Positions 34,385-41,313 of a DNA stretch of 64,000 bases are shown one piece after another (positions within the stretch are counted from its first letter, which is position 1; each line of letters starts with the position of its first letter). Position numbers and translations under genes: made by a program. The stretch is from a candidate division WOR-1 bacterium RIFCSPHIGHO2_01_FULL_53_15 (GTDB taxonomy: Bacteria > Margulisbacteria > WOR-1 > O2-12-FULL-45-9 > XYB2-FULL-48-7), in contig METM01000024.1 of assembly GCA_001772335.1 (NCBI GenBank), positions 307-64,306 on the forward strand. Reading direction: 5' to 3'. The notes under the pieces are model-generated. The model was not told where the DNA came from, did no database searches, and saw nothing but the letters and a program-made list of their open reading frames with translations.

Positions 34385-34856
34385 AAAATATTTCTGGGGC
34401 TTAAAGCCGCAAGCGCTAAGAGAAACAGGCCGGATATTGAAGTCGCCCGATCGTCCAAAATTCATTGAGCGCATCTTTGTTCTCCTCTCCAGGTGCGATT
34501 CGCCGAAAGAGCTGTTCTCTCTCATTAGCCGGAAGCAGTTTGTCGCGGTTTGGCCGAAGATCAGGCGCTACTGGCTGAAGAAAGATCAGGCGCCGGATTT
34601 CCGGGCCTGGTGGGAAACTGTTTATGAACAGTTAGCGGGCCGGGAACAGCCGCGCGGCAAGAACTTTGAGAGGGTCGGCAAGCTGATCAGGGAAAAACGA
34701 CTGGAGCTGGGTTTAAGTCAGGCGGATCTGGCTCGACGCGCCGGCATGAAACAACCGGATATTTCGACGATCGAGCTTGGGGCAAAGAATATCACTCTGG
34801 AAACACTGGTCCGGCTGGGCAGGATTTTGGGGATAAAAAACTTACCGATCATTTAG
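34374..34856 (+). CDS. XRE-family HTH protein (C-terminal HTH), probable partner/antitoxin of the AbiEii-like gene
   Basis: LGLSQADLARRAGMKQPDISTIELGAKNITLETLVRLGRILGI is a Cro/C1-type HTH. I prefer ATG 34374 (MSYKKYFW), which overlaps the upstream stop by 11 nt. The track start is TTG 34335. Confidence 0.7.
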   Translation: MSYKKYFWGLKPQALRETGRILKSPDRPKFIERIFVLLSRCDSPKELFSLISRKQFVAVWPKIRRYWLKKDQAPDFRAWWETVYEQLAGREQPRGKNFERVGKLIREKRLELGLSQADLARRAGMKQPDISTIELGAKNITLETLVRLGRILGIKNLPII

Positions 34857-34938
34857 CTTGCAAGCGCTATGACTTAAATCATGTCTTGGTCGGCGTCAGG
34901 TAACTGTACTCCGAATTAAAAAGATGTTCGGCCGCCCA
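34830..34938. repeat. ~109-bp direct repeat R, copy 1 (partner at 35900-36008)
   Basis: gggataaaaaacttaccgat(c/t)atttagcttgcaagcgctatgacttaaatcatgtcttggtcggcgtcagg is near-identical for ~72 bp, then ~75% identical. It includes the last 8 codons of the XRE gene (GIKNLPII*) and the 3' end of the minus-strand pseudogene. Confidence 0.85.
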
Positions 34939-35210
34939 GCTTTCGCCGTTCAACAAGGCCCGCATTACCTGCGGCCAGACGGCGACCGGGCTGGTCTGGA
35001 CCGAGGTCGGCGGCGAGTCGCGGATTTTGCTGAATCGCCGTTTTGGCGGGTGAAAAGTGTTTTGTATTCTCTGTCCGTGAAAATCCCGAAATAATCTTCG
35101 GTGTAGACGATAATCGCCTGGCCGCCGATAAAACCGCGCTCGCCCGCGGCCTCGATGGCTTCTTTGTTTTCCTGCCATTCCTGGCCGCGCTTCATTTCCA
35201 TGATCTTCAC
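34879..35210 (-). pseudogene. Frameshifted small gene of unknown family
   Basis: Two overlapping same-strand track ORFs (34965..35210 and 34879..35178). The first reads protein-like at its N-terminal end (MEMKRGQEWQENKEAIEAAGERGFIGGQAIIVYTEDYFGIFTDREYKTLFT). The second reads protein-like at its C-terminal end (VMRALLNGESWAAEHLFNSEYSYLTPTKT). This is consistent with a -1/+1 shift near 35050. Confidence 0.4.
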
Positions 35211-35244
35211 GGCGTTGTAGGGCTTGAGAACCTGTTATCCGCCA

Positions 35245-35278
35245 TTAAAGACCAGAGCGAGCCCGGCCGGGAATATTT
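35245..35278. repeat. 34-bp direct repeat L, copy 2
   Basis: Identical to 33480-33513. It lies ~45 nt upstream of the start at 35322, near an extended -10 (TGGTATACT). Confidence 0.85.
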
Positions 35279-35321
35279 ACTCATAATTGCCGGTTGAATA
35301 GCAAAGTGGTATACTATTTAT

Positions 35322-35507
35322 GTGAGTCCGATCTTAAAACTAAAGAAGCCAAACGAAAAGAAAGAGATCGATTTTGAGCTCGATTATCTCTCCTCTATTC
35401 CTTATAAGGCCCGGTTGGAAATGATGCTTAAGGCCTCAAAACACGGCCTGACGGTGTTGATAAAAAATGGATATCGAAAGCCTTCTGAAATCATTAAACG
35501 CAAATAA
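35322..35507 (+). CDS. 61-aa protein, probable antitoxin-like partner of the downstream nucleotidyltransferase
   Basis: Small AT-rich ORF with a GTG start, overlapping the next gene by 41 nt. Its position and size fit a type II/VII TA partner. I recognise no family. Confidence 0.45.
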   Translation: MSPILKLKKPNEKKEIDFELDYLSSIPYKARLEMMLKASKHGLTVLIKNGYRKPSEIIKRK

Positions 35508-35898
35508 GGTCGTCTATGTTATCATCGGCGCCATGGCCTTCCCTTACTATGGGTATTCCCGCTCAACCCTCGACATTGACATCTTTATCAAGCCAACCGA
35601 GGATAATGCCGGGAGAACGCTGGCCGCATTGAAAAAATTCGGCTATGACACGGCCGACATCTCCATCAATGATCTTTTGACCAAAAAAATCCTGATCAGG
35701 CAATACTCCGTGGAGACGGACATCCATCCGTTCGTCGCCGGAGTCACATTTGCCGAGGTATGGAAAACAAAGAAAAAAGGAGATTTTGAAAGCGTCCCGG
35801 TTTATTTCCCATCATTAAAAGCTCTCATCAAAATGAAGCGAGCCGCCGGCCGGCCGAAAGACAAAGAGGACTTAAAGTATCTCAGGAAATTGAAATAG
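35467..35898 (+). CDS. Small nucleotidyltransferase-fold protein (TA-associated type)
   Basis: VVYVIIGAMAFPYYGYSRSTLDIDIFI fits the minimal NTase G-x-[AG]...D-x-D pattern. C-terminal RPKDKEDLKYL is common in this family. Confidence 0.6.
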   Translation: MDIESLLKSLNANKVVYVIIGAMAFPYYGYSRSTLDIDIFIKPTEDNAGRTLAALKKFGYDTADISINDLLTKKILIRQYSVETDIHPFVAGVTFAEVWKTKKKGDFESVPVYFPSLKALIKMKRAAGRPKDKEDLKYLRKLK

Positions 35899-35899
35899 C

Positions 35900-36008
35900 G
35901 GGATAAAAAACTTACCGATTATTTAGCTTGCAAGCGCTATGACTTAAATCATGTCTTGGTCGGCGTCAGGCAACTATATTCCGAATTGAACAGATATTCA
36001 GCGGCCCA
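35900..36008. repeat. ~109-bp direct repeat R, copy 2
   Basis: It starts right after the NTase stop. It retains an orphan GIKNLPII* coding remnant and an orphan copy of the pseudogene 3' end, and it abuts the stop of the UDPGP-type gene. Confidence 0.85.
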
Positions 36009-36010
36009 AT

Positions 36011-37240
36011 TTAAGCCTTGAAAAAATCCGGGAAGCGGCTGACCAGTCTTGCCTTCCAGGCCTCAAGCTGATCGAGACCTTTAAGCTGGGTGAACATGCC
36101 TTCCCGATAGACGCCCGGAATTGTGTCGGGTAAAAAGTTGGCCGGTTCAGCCATGGTTATTGAGCCCGACATGGTTTCAAGTTTTACGTATTTCAAGATG
36201 ACTTCACCGCTGTTTGGATCTTTGTCTTCCCTTTCGATCACAACAACGGGGAGTCTGGCCGCGTCGAATTTCCTGAGGAACCCAAGATTATAAATAAGAG
36301 TTAATGGGTTAAAATATGGGAGCAAGGAATTGAACTGTTCTAAGTATTTGGGCTCGATCTGATTGGTTTCGATTATCGCCAGCCGCCGTTTCCCTTCTTC
36401 CGGCTTGTACCAGAGAGGAATCCCTCCCATGAATAACGGCTCTTTCCTTGAGACCTGCGCTGTTATTTCTCTTTCGGCGTTCGCGTGATAGCCAACATAG
36501 GCCAGGAACGGGTTGCTGTCCTGACTATCGAGGGCGACCAGCGGATTGTCAATGTTTGACTGGACCACATATTTGACGCCTCTTTTTGCCATCCAATCGA
36601 GAACGCCCGTATTTTGCATGGTCGGAAAAACAGCGCCGTGGCCGGTCGGGGCAAAGAGAATCCTTTCATTGAATCCGACCATCTCGCCTCCGGGCGTCAG
36701 GACCGGCAGCATGCTTTGATCAGAAACCATGAAATCTATTCCTTCTTCATAGCCAAGTTCATTCGCCATTTTAACGACATCGTGGCGCGTCGCCGGGCTG
36801 GTCATGATGTAGAGAGGAATATCAATCCCGCCTTCCCGGGCCCGGCCAATAGTCGCGTATAATTTCAGCTGTAACAGGGTTTTCCCACCCTCGATCTCCC
36901 AGAATATTTTATTTTTGGTGAGACGCGAAGCGGTCCCGCCGGCCAGGATTACGGCGCCGATCTCGCCATTTCTAAAAGCGGCTTTACCTGCTTCAAGCAG
37001 GCCTTTATAGGTTTTAGCCGATATTGGCGGGAATTCATCTTCGGCGCAAGGGCCCAATCTGTTATTCGGTATCTCGTTCCCCTTGACGGTGAGCTGGGCG
37101 CTCCTTAAGTCGGAAGCGAATTGAGAGAACCTGGCCGGCGTATAACTTCCGCTGAGTCTCTTGAAATCTGCCGACGGCGCATGGTAGAACGCGTCCGGCC
37201 TGCCCAACCTGGTCACAACCCGCGTGCTTAAATTCAGCAT
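36011..37240 (-). CDS. UDPGP-family UDP-sugar pyrophosphorylase (UTP-sugar-1-phosphate uridylyltransferase)
   Basis: AVILAGGTASRL, IPLYIMTSPATRHDV, FAPTGHGAVF and VKYVVQSNIDNPL are colinear with UDPGP (PF01704-type) motifs LAGGQGTRLG / IP.YIMTS..T / PDGNGG / VDN.L. I prefer ATG 37240 (AGGAGG SD) over the track TTG 37297, which overlaps promoter P6. Confidence 0.7.
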   Translation of the reverse strand: MLNLSTRVVTRLGRPDAFYHAPSADFKRLSGSYTPARFSQFASDLRSAQLTVKGNEIPNNRLGPCAEDEFPPISAKTYKGLLEAGKAAFRNGEIGAVILAGGTASRLTKNKIFWEIEGGKTLLQLKLYATIGRAREGGIDIPLYIMTSPATRHDVVKMANELGYEEGIDFMVSDQSMLPVLTPGGEMVGFNERILFAPTGHGAVFPTMQNTGVLDWMAKRGVKYVVQSNIDNPLVALDSQDSNPFLAYVGYHANAEREITAQVSRKEPLFMGGIPLWYKPEEGKRRLAIIETNQIEPKYLEQFNSLLPYFNPLTLIYNLGFLRKFDAARLPVVVIEREDKDPNSGEVILKYVKLETMSGSITMAEPANFLPDTIPGVYREGMFTQLKGLDQLEAWKARLVSRFPDFFKA

Positions 37241-37277
37241 TGCCCGCCTCCTAAAATATGATAGCCCGGCCAAATCT

Positions 37278-37307
37278 TTTATCGATGTCGCGAGCAAAAA
37301 ATTTCAC
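37278..37307 (-). promoter_or_regulatory. ECF-like promoter motif copy P6 (TGAAAT-N16-CGATAA)
   Basis: Minus strand: GTGAAATTTTTTGCTCGCGACATCGATAAAAGA, ~35 nt upstream of ATG 37240. Confidence 0.45.
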
Positions 37308-37389
37308 CTTACTTTTTATTGACCTAGATTTATTTCAGATCAGGAGGAGGAGAGATGCGCTGACGTCTTCGCCCTGATCAAACGCGCGG

Positions 37390-37701
37390 TCAAAGAGATC
37401 GAGCGCCTGGATTGCGAACATCGTGGCCCAGGCGCTGGTCGCGCGTCGCCCCGTAGAGCGCCAGAAAACCGATCGCCAGTTTGGCGTGGTGGCTGCCCGG
37501 ATGCCTTGACCAGACCCGGGTTTCGTCGACCGGCTTGTTCAGGTTGACATTGTAGGTGGCGTGGAACGCCCCGTCGTTCATCTGCATTTTCTCGATCATC
37601 GAAAGAGCGATGGCCCGCGCCGTTTTAACCGGACTTAGTTTGACGACCTCCGGCCGGGTGCCAAGCACAGTTGTAATGTTTGTGACCGTTCTTGCCCTCA
37701 T
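37390..37701 (-). pseudogene. Short ORF resembling a fragment of an alpha/alpha-toroid-type protein; possibly truncated or frameshifted
   Basis: 103-aa ORF (…MNDGAFHATYNVNLNKPVDETRVWSRHPGSHHAKLAIGFLALYGATRD…). A second frame continues protein-like past its stop (ATSAWATMFAIQALDLFDRAFDQGEDV). It is far shorter than any such family, and my family guess is weak. Confidence 0.3.
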
Positions 37702-37708
37702 GCATTTT

Positions 37709-37738
37709 ATTTTCGGCGCGTGCGCGGGGAAATTTCAG
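37709..37738 (-). promoter_or_regulatory. ECF-like promoter motif copy P7 (TGAAAT-N16-CGAAAA)
   Basis: Minus strand: CTGAAATTTCCCCGCGCACGCGCCGAAAATAAA. The TGA within CTGAAA is the DUF1015 stop. The -10 ends ~7 nt before ATG 37701, so the transcript would be leaderless. Spacing is confirmed by track ORF 37556..37771. Confidence 0.4.
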
Positions 37739-39072
37739 TTTTTAATTTTTTCGCCGTGTTCGAAGCGGTAGAGGACGAGGCCGGAGAGGGTCTTGGGGTA
37801 GAAGTAGGTCGATTTTTGGGGCATTTTCTCAAGCTCGCTGGCGACCGCCATGATCTCTTCGACGCGGGTCGGGTTGAGGATAAAAGCCATGACGGCCTTC
37901 TGCTCATCGACGGCGCGGACGGCGTCGGCCGCGTTCTTGAAATAACTGACCTTGTCCTCGGTTTCCTGCGCCAGGTTGAGCAGGCGGTCAAAGATCGTGT
38001 AGTGGAGGATCGTGACGTCGAGGTGTTTCCAGGCCTTCGGCTTTTCCTCGGCCACCATCTCGTCGATCGTCTTCTCGTCCTTGAGCGTCAAGAGAAAATA
38101 GTGATAGTTGCCCAGATAGAGGCCAAGGGCGTGCCGGCCCGGATCTTTTTGCATATCTTTCTCGAGTTTTTTCCTGACCTGCTCGGCCGTCCGCTTGTTG
38201 GCAGTATAGGGAATGACGTCAAAAAATTCGGCCAGGTCTTGCTCGAACCTGATCGGATCAAGATAAGGGAGATTGGAGACGGCGCGGTGGATGGGGAGGA
38301 CGACCAGGCCATTGCTCTCGACGGGCGTAAAATATGTCATGACGTGGTTATAGGCCTCTTCTTCGGTGAACTTGGTGTTTTTGACCTTGAGTTCGCTCTT
38401 GTAGCGCTGGGCGGCCTCATAGCGGTGATGGCCGTCGGCGATAAAGACGGCCTTGTCTTTCATCTCCGCTATGATCTTATTGATGGCCGGCCGGCGGTCG
38501 ATCTTCCAAAGCCGATGGAGGATGCCGTCGGCAGCCTTGACCTCGACGGCCGGCTTCTTTCTCATGAATTGCTTCATGGTCTTCACGATCTTTTCTTTGT
38601 TGTCGGAGTAAAAGACGAAGATCGAGTCGAGATCGGCGTTCGTGGCGCGCATCAATTGCAGGCGGTCGAGCTTGGCCTTCGGATAGGTCTCTTCGTGAGG
38701 GAAGACCTTGCCGCGGCCCATCTCTTCGAGCCGCAGGAGCGCGATGAAACCGAGGCGGTTGAAGCGCTTGCCGAAAAGAGAGAAGACCTCCTCATAAACA
38801 TAGATCGCCGGTTTGTCGTCCTGGACGAGGACCCGGTGGCGCAGCCAGCCGTTCAAGAACGCCGCCGCCCGCACATAGCGGTTGTTATATTCGCCGTCGC
38901 CGGGGAATTCCTTGCCGAGGATCAGGCGGATGAAATTGAAATCGCTGCGCTCATAGAGCCGGGCCTGCTCAGCGGGCCCGATGATGTCGTAAGGCGGGGA
39001 CATGACGCGGCCGATCTTTTTGATCTTCTTTTTGTTGTAGAGGATGCCGCGGAAAGGGAAGACCTTGACCAT
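37735..39072 (-). CDS. DUF1015 family protein
   Basis: N-terminal MVKVFPFRGILYN...VMSPPYDII and overall length match the DUF1015 signature (PF.A.RY ... PPYDVI). The start lies 2 nt after the parB stop. Confidence 0.85.
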   Translation of the reverse strand: MVKVFPFRGILYNKKKIKKIGRVMSPPYDIIGPAEQARLYERSDFNFIRLILGKEFPGDGEYNNRYVRAAAFLNGWLRHRVLVQDDKPAIYVYEEVFSLFGKRFNRLGFIALLRLEEMGRGKVFPHEETYPKAKLDRLQLMRATNADLDSIFVFYSDNKEKIVKTMKQFMRKKPAVEVKAADGILHRLWKIDRRPAINKIIAEMKDKAVFIADGHHRYEAAQRYKSELKVKNTKFTEEEAYNHVMTYFTPVESNGLVVLPIHRAVSNLPYLDPIRFEQDLAEFFDVIPYTANKRTAEQVRKKLEKDMQKDPGRHALGLYLGNYHYFLLTLKDEKTIDEMVAEEKPKAWKHLDVTILHYTIFDRLLNLAQETEDKVSYFKNAADAVRAVDEQKAVMAFILNPTRVEEIMAVASELEKMPQKSTYFYPKTLSGLVLYRFEHGEKIKN

Positions 39073-39074
39073 GC

Positions 39075-39986
39075 CTATTGAGCGCTGTAGGCCGTCGGCG
39101 GCGGGAGCGGCGTCGTCGTCGCGCGAACGGCCATCAGTTCCAGCACGCGCTCCAGGTCTTCCTTTGAATAATATTCGATCTCGATGCGGCCGCGCTCCGG
39201 CGAGCCGTGGATCTTGACTTTGGTGGCAAAGTGCTCCGTCAGCCGCTCGACCAGCGCGTTGAGTTCGACATTCTGGGTGAAAACGCGCTTGCGGCCGCCC
39301 TTTTTGGCTTTTGGTTTTTCTTCCTTGCCGGTGACGAGGATCTCCGTGTCGCGCACGCTGAGGCCGCCCTTAACGATCTCATGCCAGAAATGGAGCTGTT
39401 TGTCGGCGTCTTCGACAGTAAGAAGCGGGCGCGCGTGGCCGACGGTGATCTCTTCTTTGTGCAGGCTCTCTTTGATCTGTTTGGGCAGGGAGAGAAGGCG
39501 GATCATGTTGGCCACCGTCGAGCGGTCCTTGCCGACCTGTTTGGCGACGGCCTCCTGCGTCAAGCCGAACTCGGCGGTCAGGCGGGCGTAGCCCTCGGCT
39601 TCGTCCATCGGGTTGAGGTCTTCACGCTGGAGGTTCTCGATCAGGGAGAGGGCGAGCGACTGCTCGTCGTTGAAATCCTTGACGATGGCGGGGATGACCG
39701 AGATGCCGGCCATTTTGGCCGCGCGCAATCGGCGCTCACCGGCGACCAGCTCGTACTTGCCGTCGCGCATGCGGGTCAGGATCGGTTCGATGACCCCCTG
39801 CGCCTTGATCGATTCCGAGAGGTCGTGCAGGGCTTCCTTGGGGAAGCGGGTGCGCGGCTGGCGAGGGTTGGGCATTACATTATTAATATCGACATTGACG
39901 ATAGTGCGCCCGCCGATAAAGACCGAGCCCGGCGGGATGAGCGCCCCTAATCCTTTGCCCAGTCCTCTCTTGCCTGCGTTAGCCAT
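39075..39986 (-). CDS. parB: Chromosome partitioning protein ParB (Spo0J)
   Basis: GLGKGLGALIP N-terminal box, NPRQPR (ParB box II) and an HTH (GLTQEAVAKQVGKDRSTVANMIRLL). I prefer ATG 39986 (MANAGKRGLG), which overlaps the parA stop by 8 nt. The track start 40184 adds an Arg/Ser-rich antisense-like extension. Confidence 0.95.
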   Translation of the reverse strand: MANAGKRGLGKGLGALIPPGSVFIGGRTIVNVDINNVMPNPRQPRTRFPKEALHDLSESIKAQGVIEPILTRMRDGKYELVAGERRLRAAKMAGISVIPAIVKDFNDEQSLALSLIENLQREDLNPMDEAEGYARLTAEFGLTQEAVAKQVGKDRSTVANMIRLLSLPKQIKESLHKEEITVGHARPLLTVEDADKQLHFWHEIVKGGLSVRDTEILVTGKEEKPKAKKGGRKRVFTQNVELNALVERLTEHFATKVKIHGSPERGRIEIEYYSKEDLERVLELMAVRATTTPLPPPTAYSAQ

Positions 39987-40740
39987 CGTCCAACACCTCC
40001 CGACACAGATTTTCGTAGGCCTCGGCGCCTTTACTGCCCGGGTCGTAGAAAAGGATCGGCTGGCCGAAACTCGGCGCCTCGGCCAGGCGGACATTGCGGG
40101 GGATGACGGTCTTAAAGACTTTGTTGCCGAAATACTTGCGGGCCTCTTCGGCCACCTGCGAAGAGAGGAGCGTGCGCGGATCAAACATCGTCAGGACGAT
40201 CCCGCGGATCTTGAGCGACGGATTCAAACTTTCTCTGACCAGTTCGAGTGTGTGGGTGAGCTGGCTGATCCCCTCAAGGGCGTAGTACTCGCACTGGATC
40301 GGGATGATGACTTCATCGGCGGCGGTCAGGGCGTTGACCGTCAAGAGCGAAAGCGAAGGCGGGCAGTCGATGACGACTAAGTCATATTCGGCCTTGATCT
40401 GGTTGATCGAATCTTTAAGCCGGGTTTCGCGCGGCACCAGGCCGACGAGTTCGACTTCGGCGCCGGCCAGGCGCGGCGTCGAGGCGAGGACATGAAGGTT
40501 GGAGATGTTGCTCTTGATGATCGCCTCGGCGGGCGCCACTCCCTCGATCAGGATGTCATAGAGGCATTCCTTGATCTGCGTTTTGTCGACGCCCAGGCCG
40601 ACGGAGGCGTTGCTCTGTGGATCGATATCGATGAGGAGGACTTTTTTACCGAAGGTTGCCAGGTAGGCCGCTAAGTTGACTGTGGTGGTTGTTTTCCCGA
40701 CTCCGCCTTTCTGGTTGACGACCGCGTAGGTGGTGGCCAT
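39979..40740 (-). CDS. parA: ParA/Soj chromosome partitioning ATPase
   Basis: Deviant Walker A NQKGGVGKTTT, with DIDPQ and IVIDCPPS motifs. 253 aa. Confidence 0.95.
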   Translation of the reverse strand: MATTYAVVNQKGGVGKTTTTVNLAAYLATFGKKVLLIDIDPQSNASVGLGVDKTQIKECLYDILIEGVAPAEAIIKSNISNLHVLASTPRLAGAEVELVGLVPRETRLKDSINQIKAEYDLVVIDCPPSLSLLTVNALTAADEVIIPIQCEYYALEGISQLTHTLELVRESLNPSLKIRGIVLTMFDPRTLLSSQVAEEARKYFGNKVFKTVIPRNVRLAEAPSFGQPILFYDPGSKGAEAYENLCREVLDDG

Positions 40741-40755
40741 AAGAATGATATTATA

Positions 40756-41313
40756 TCAGGTTTTCCTGATAACGACAAGCGAGCGCAGAGCGCCGCCGAC
40801 TTTGACCGTTTTAACTTCGGCGGGCAGTCCACCCAGCTCCGATCGTACCTCTGCCTGTTTCTGGGCGACAAAGAGACCGCCGGGCTTAAGAAAAGGGAGG
40901 GCGTATTTGACCAGGATCGGCAATTTGGCGACGGCGCGGGCCAGCGCCACGTCGAACTGCCCCGCGTATCTTTTATCCTTTTGAACTTCTTCCGCCCGGC
41001 CCCAGATGATCTCGACATCGGCCAAATTCAAGACCTCGACCAGATGCCTGAGAAACTCGATTTTTTTGCGGGTGGCTTCAACGAGGGTCAGCTTGATGCC
41101 GGGGCGGACGATCTTGAGCGGCAAGCCGGGGAAACCGGCGCCCGGACCAATATCGACGACTCTTTGATCGGAGAGATCAATCGCTTCCAAGACGGAAAGT
41201 GAGTCTTCAAAGTGGCGGACCCTGATCTCGGCGGGATCCGTGACGGCGGTCAGGTTAAACTTCTTGTTCCACTCGATCAGCTCTTGCAGGTATAAATTAA
41301 AAAGCTTGTCCAA
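40756..41313 (-). CDS. rsmG: 16S rRNA (guanine527-N7)-methyltransferase RsmG (GidB)
   Basis: WNKKFNLTAV...HFEDSL...VVDIGPGAGFPGLPLKI is the RsmG SAM-binding pattern. Canonical rsmG-parA-parB order. Confidence 0.9.
   Translation of the reverse strand: MDKLFNLYLQELIEWNKKFNLTAVTDPAEIRVRHFEDSLSVLEAIDLSDQRVVDIGPGAGFPGLPLKIVRPGIKLTLVEATRKKIEFLRHLVEVLNLADVEIIWGRAEEVQKDKRYAGQFDVALARAVAKLPILVKYALPFLKPGGLFVAQKQAEVRSELGGLPAEVKTVKVGGALRSLVVIRKT

Noticed and set aside
33480-36008. TA cassettes as an integron array
   Set aside because: There is no intI gene, no attI, and L/R lack the R''-L''/L'-R' attC symmetry with GTTRRRY cores. The repeats are direct, not imperfect palindromes.
37720-39081. 453-aa plus-strand ORF (one of many long antisense ORFs, e.g. 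43018..44454, 25203..26297, 11733..12722, 15180..16094, 17046..17978, 41321..42220, 21644..22459, 39207..40380 on the plus strand; 53436..54323 and 50873..51466 on the minus strand)
   Set aside because: All lie exactly opposite genes with strong family signatures or coherent long ORFs. Their products are Arg/Gly/Asp/Val low-complexity sequence typical of shadow frames in GC-rich DNA. None has an SD or a sensible start context.
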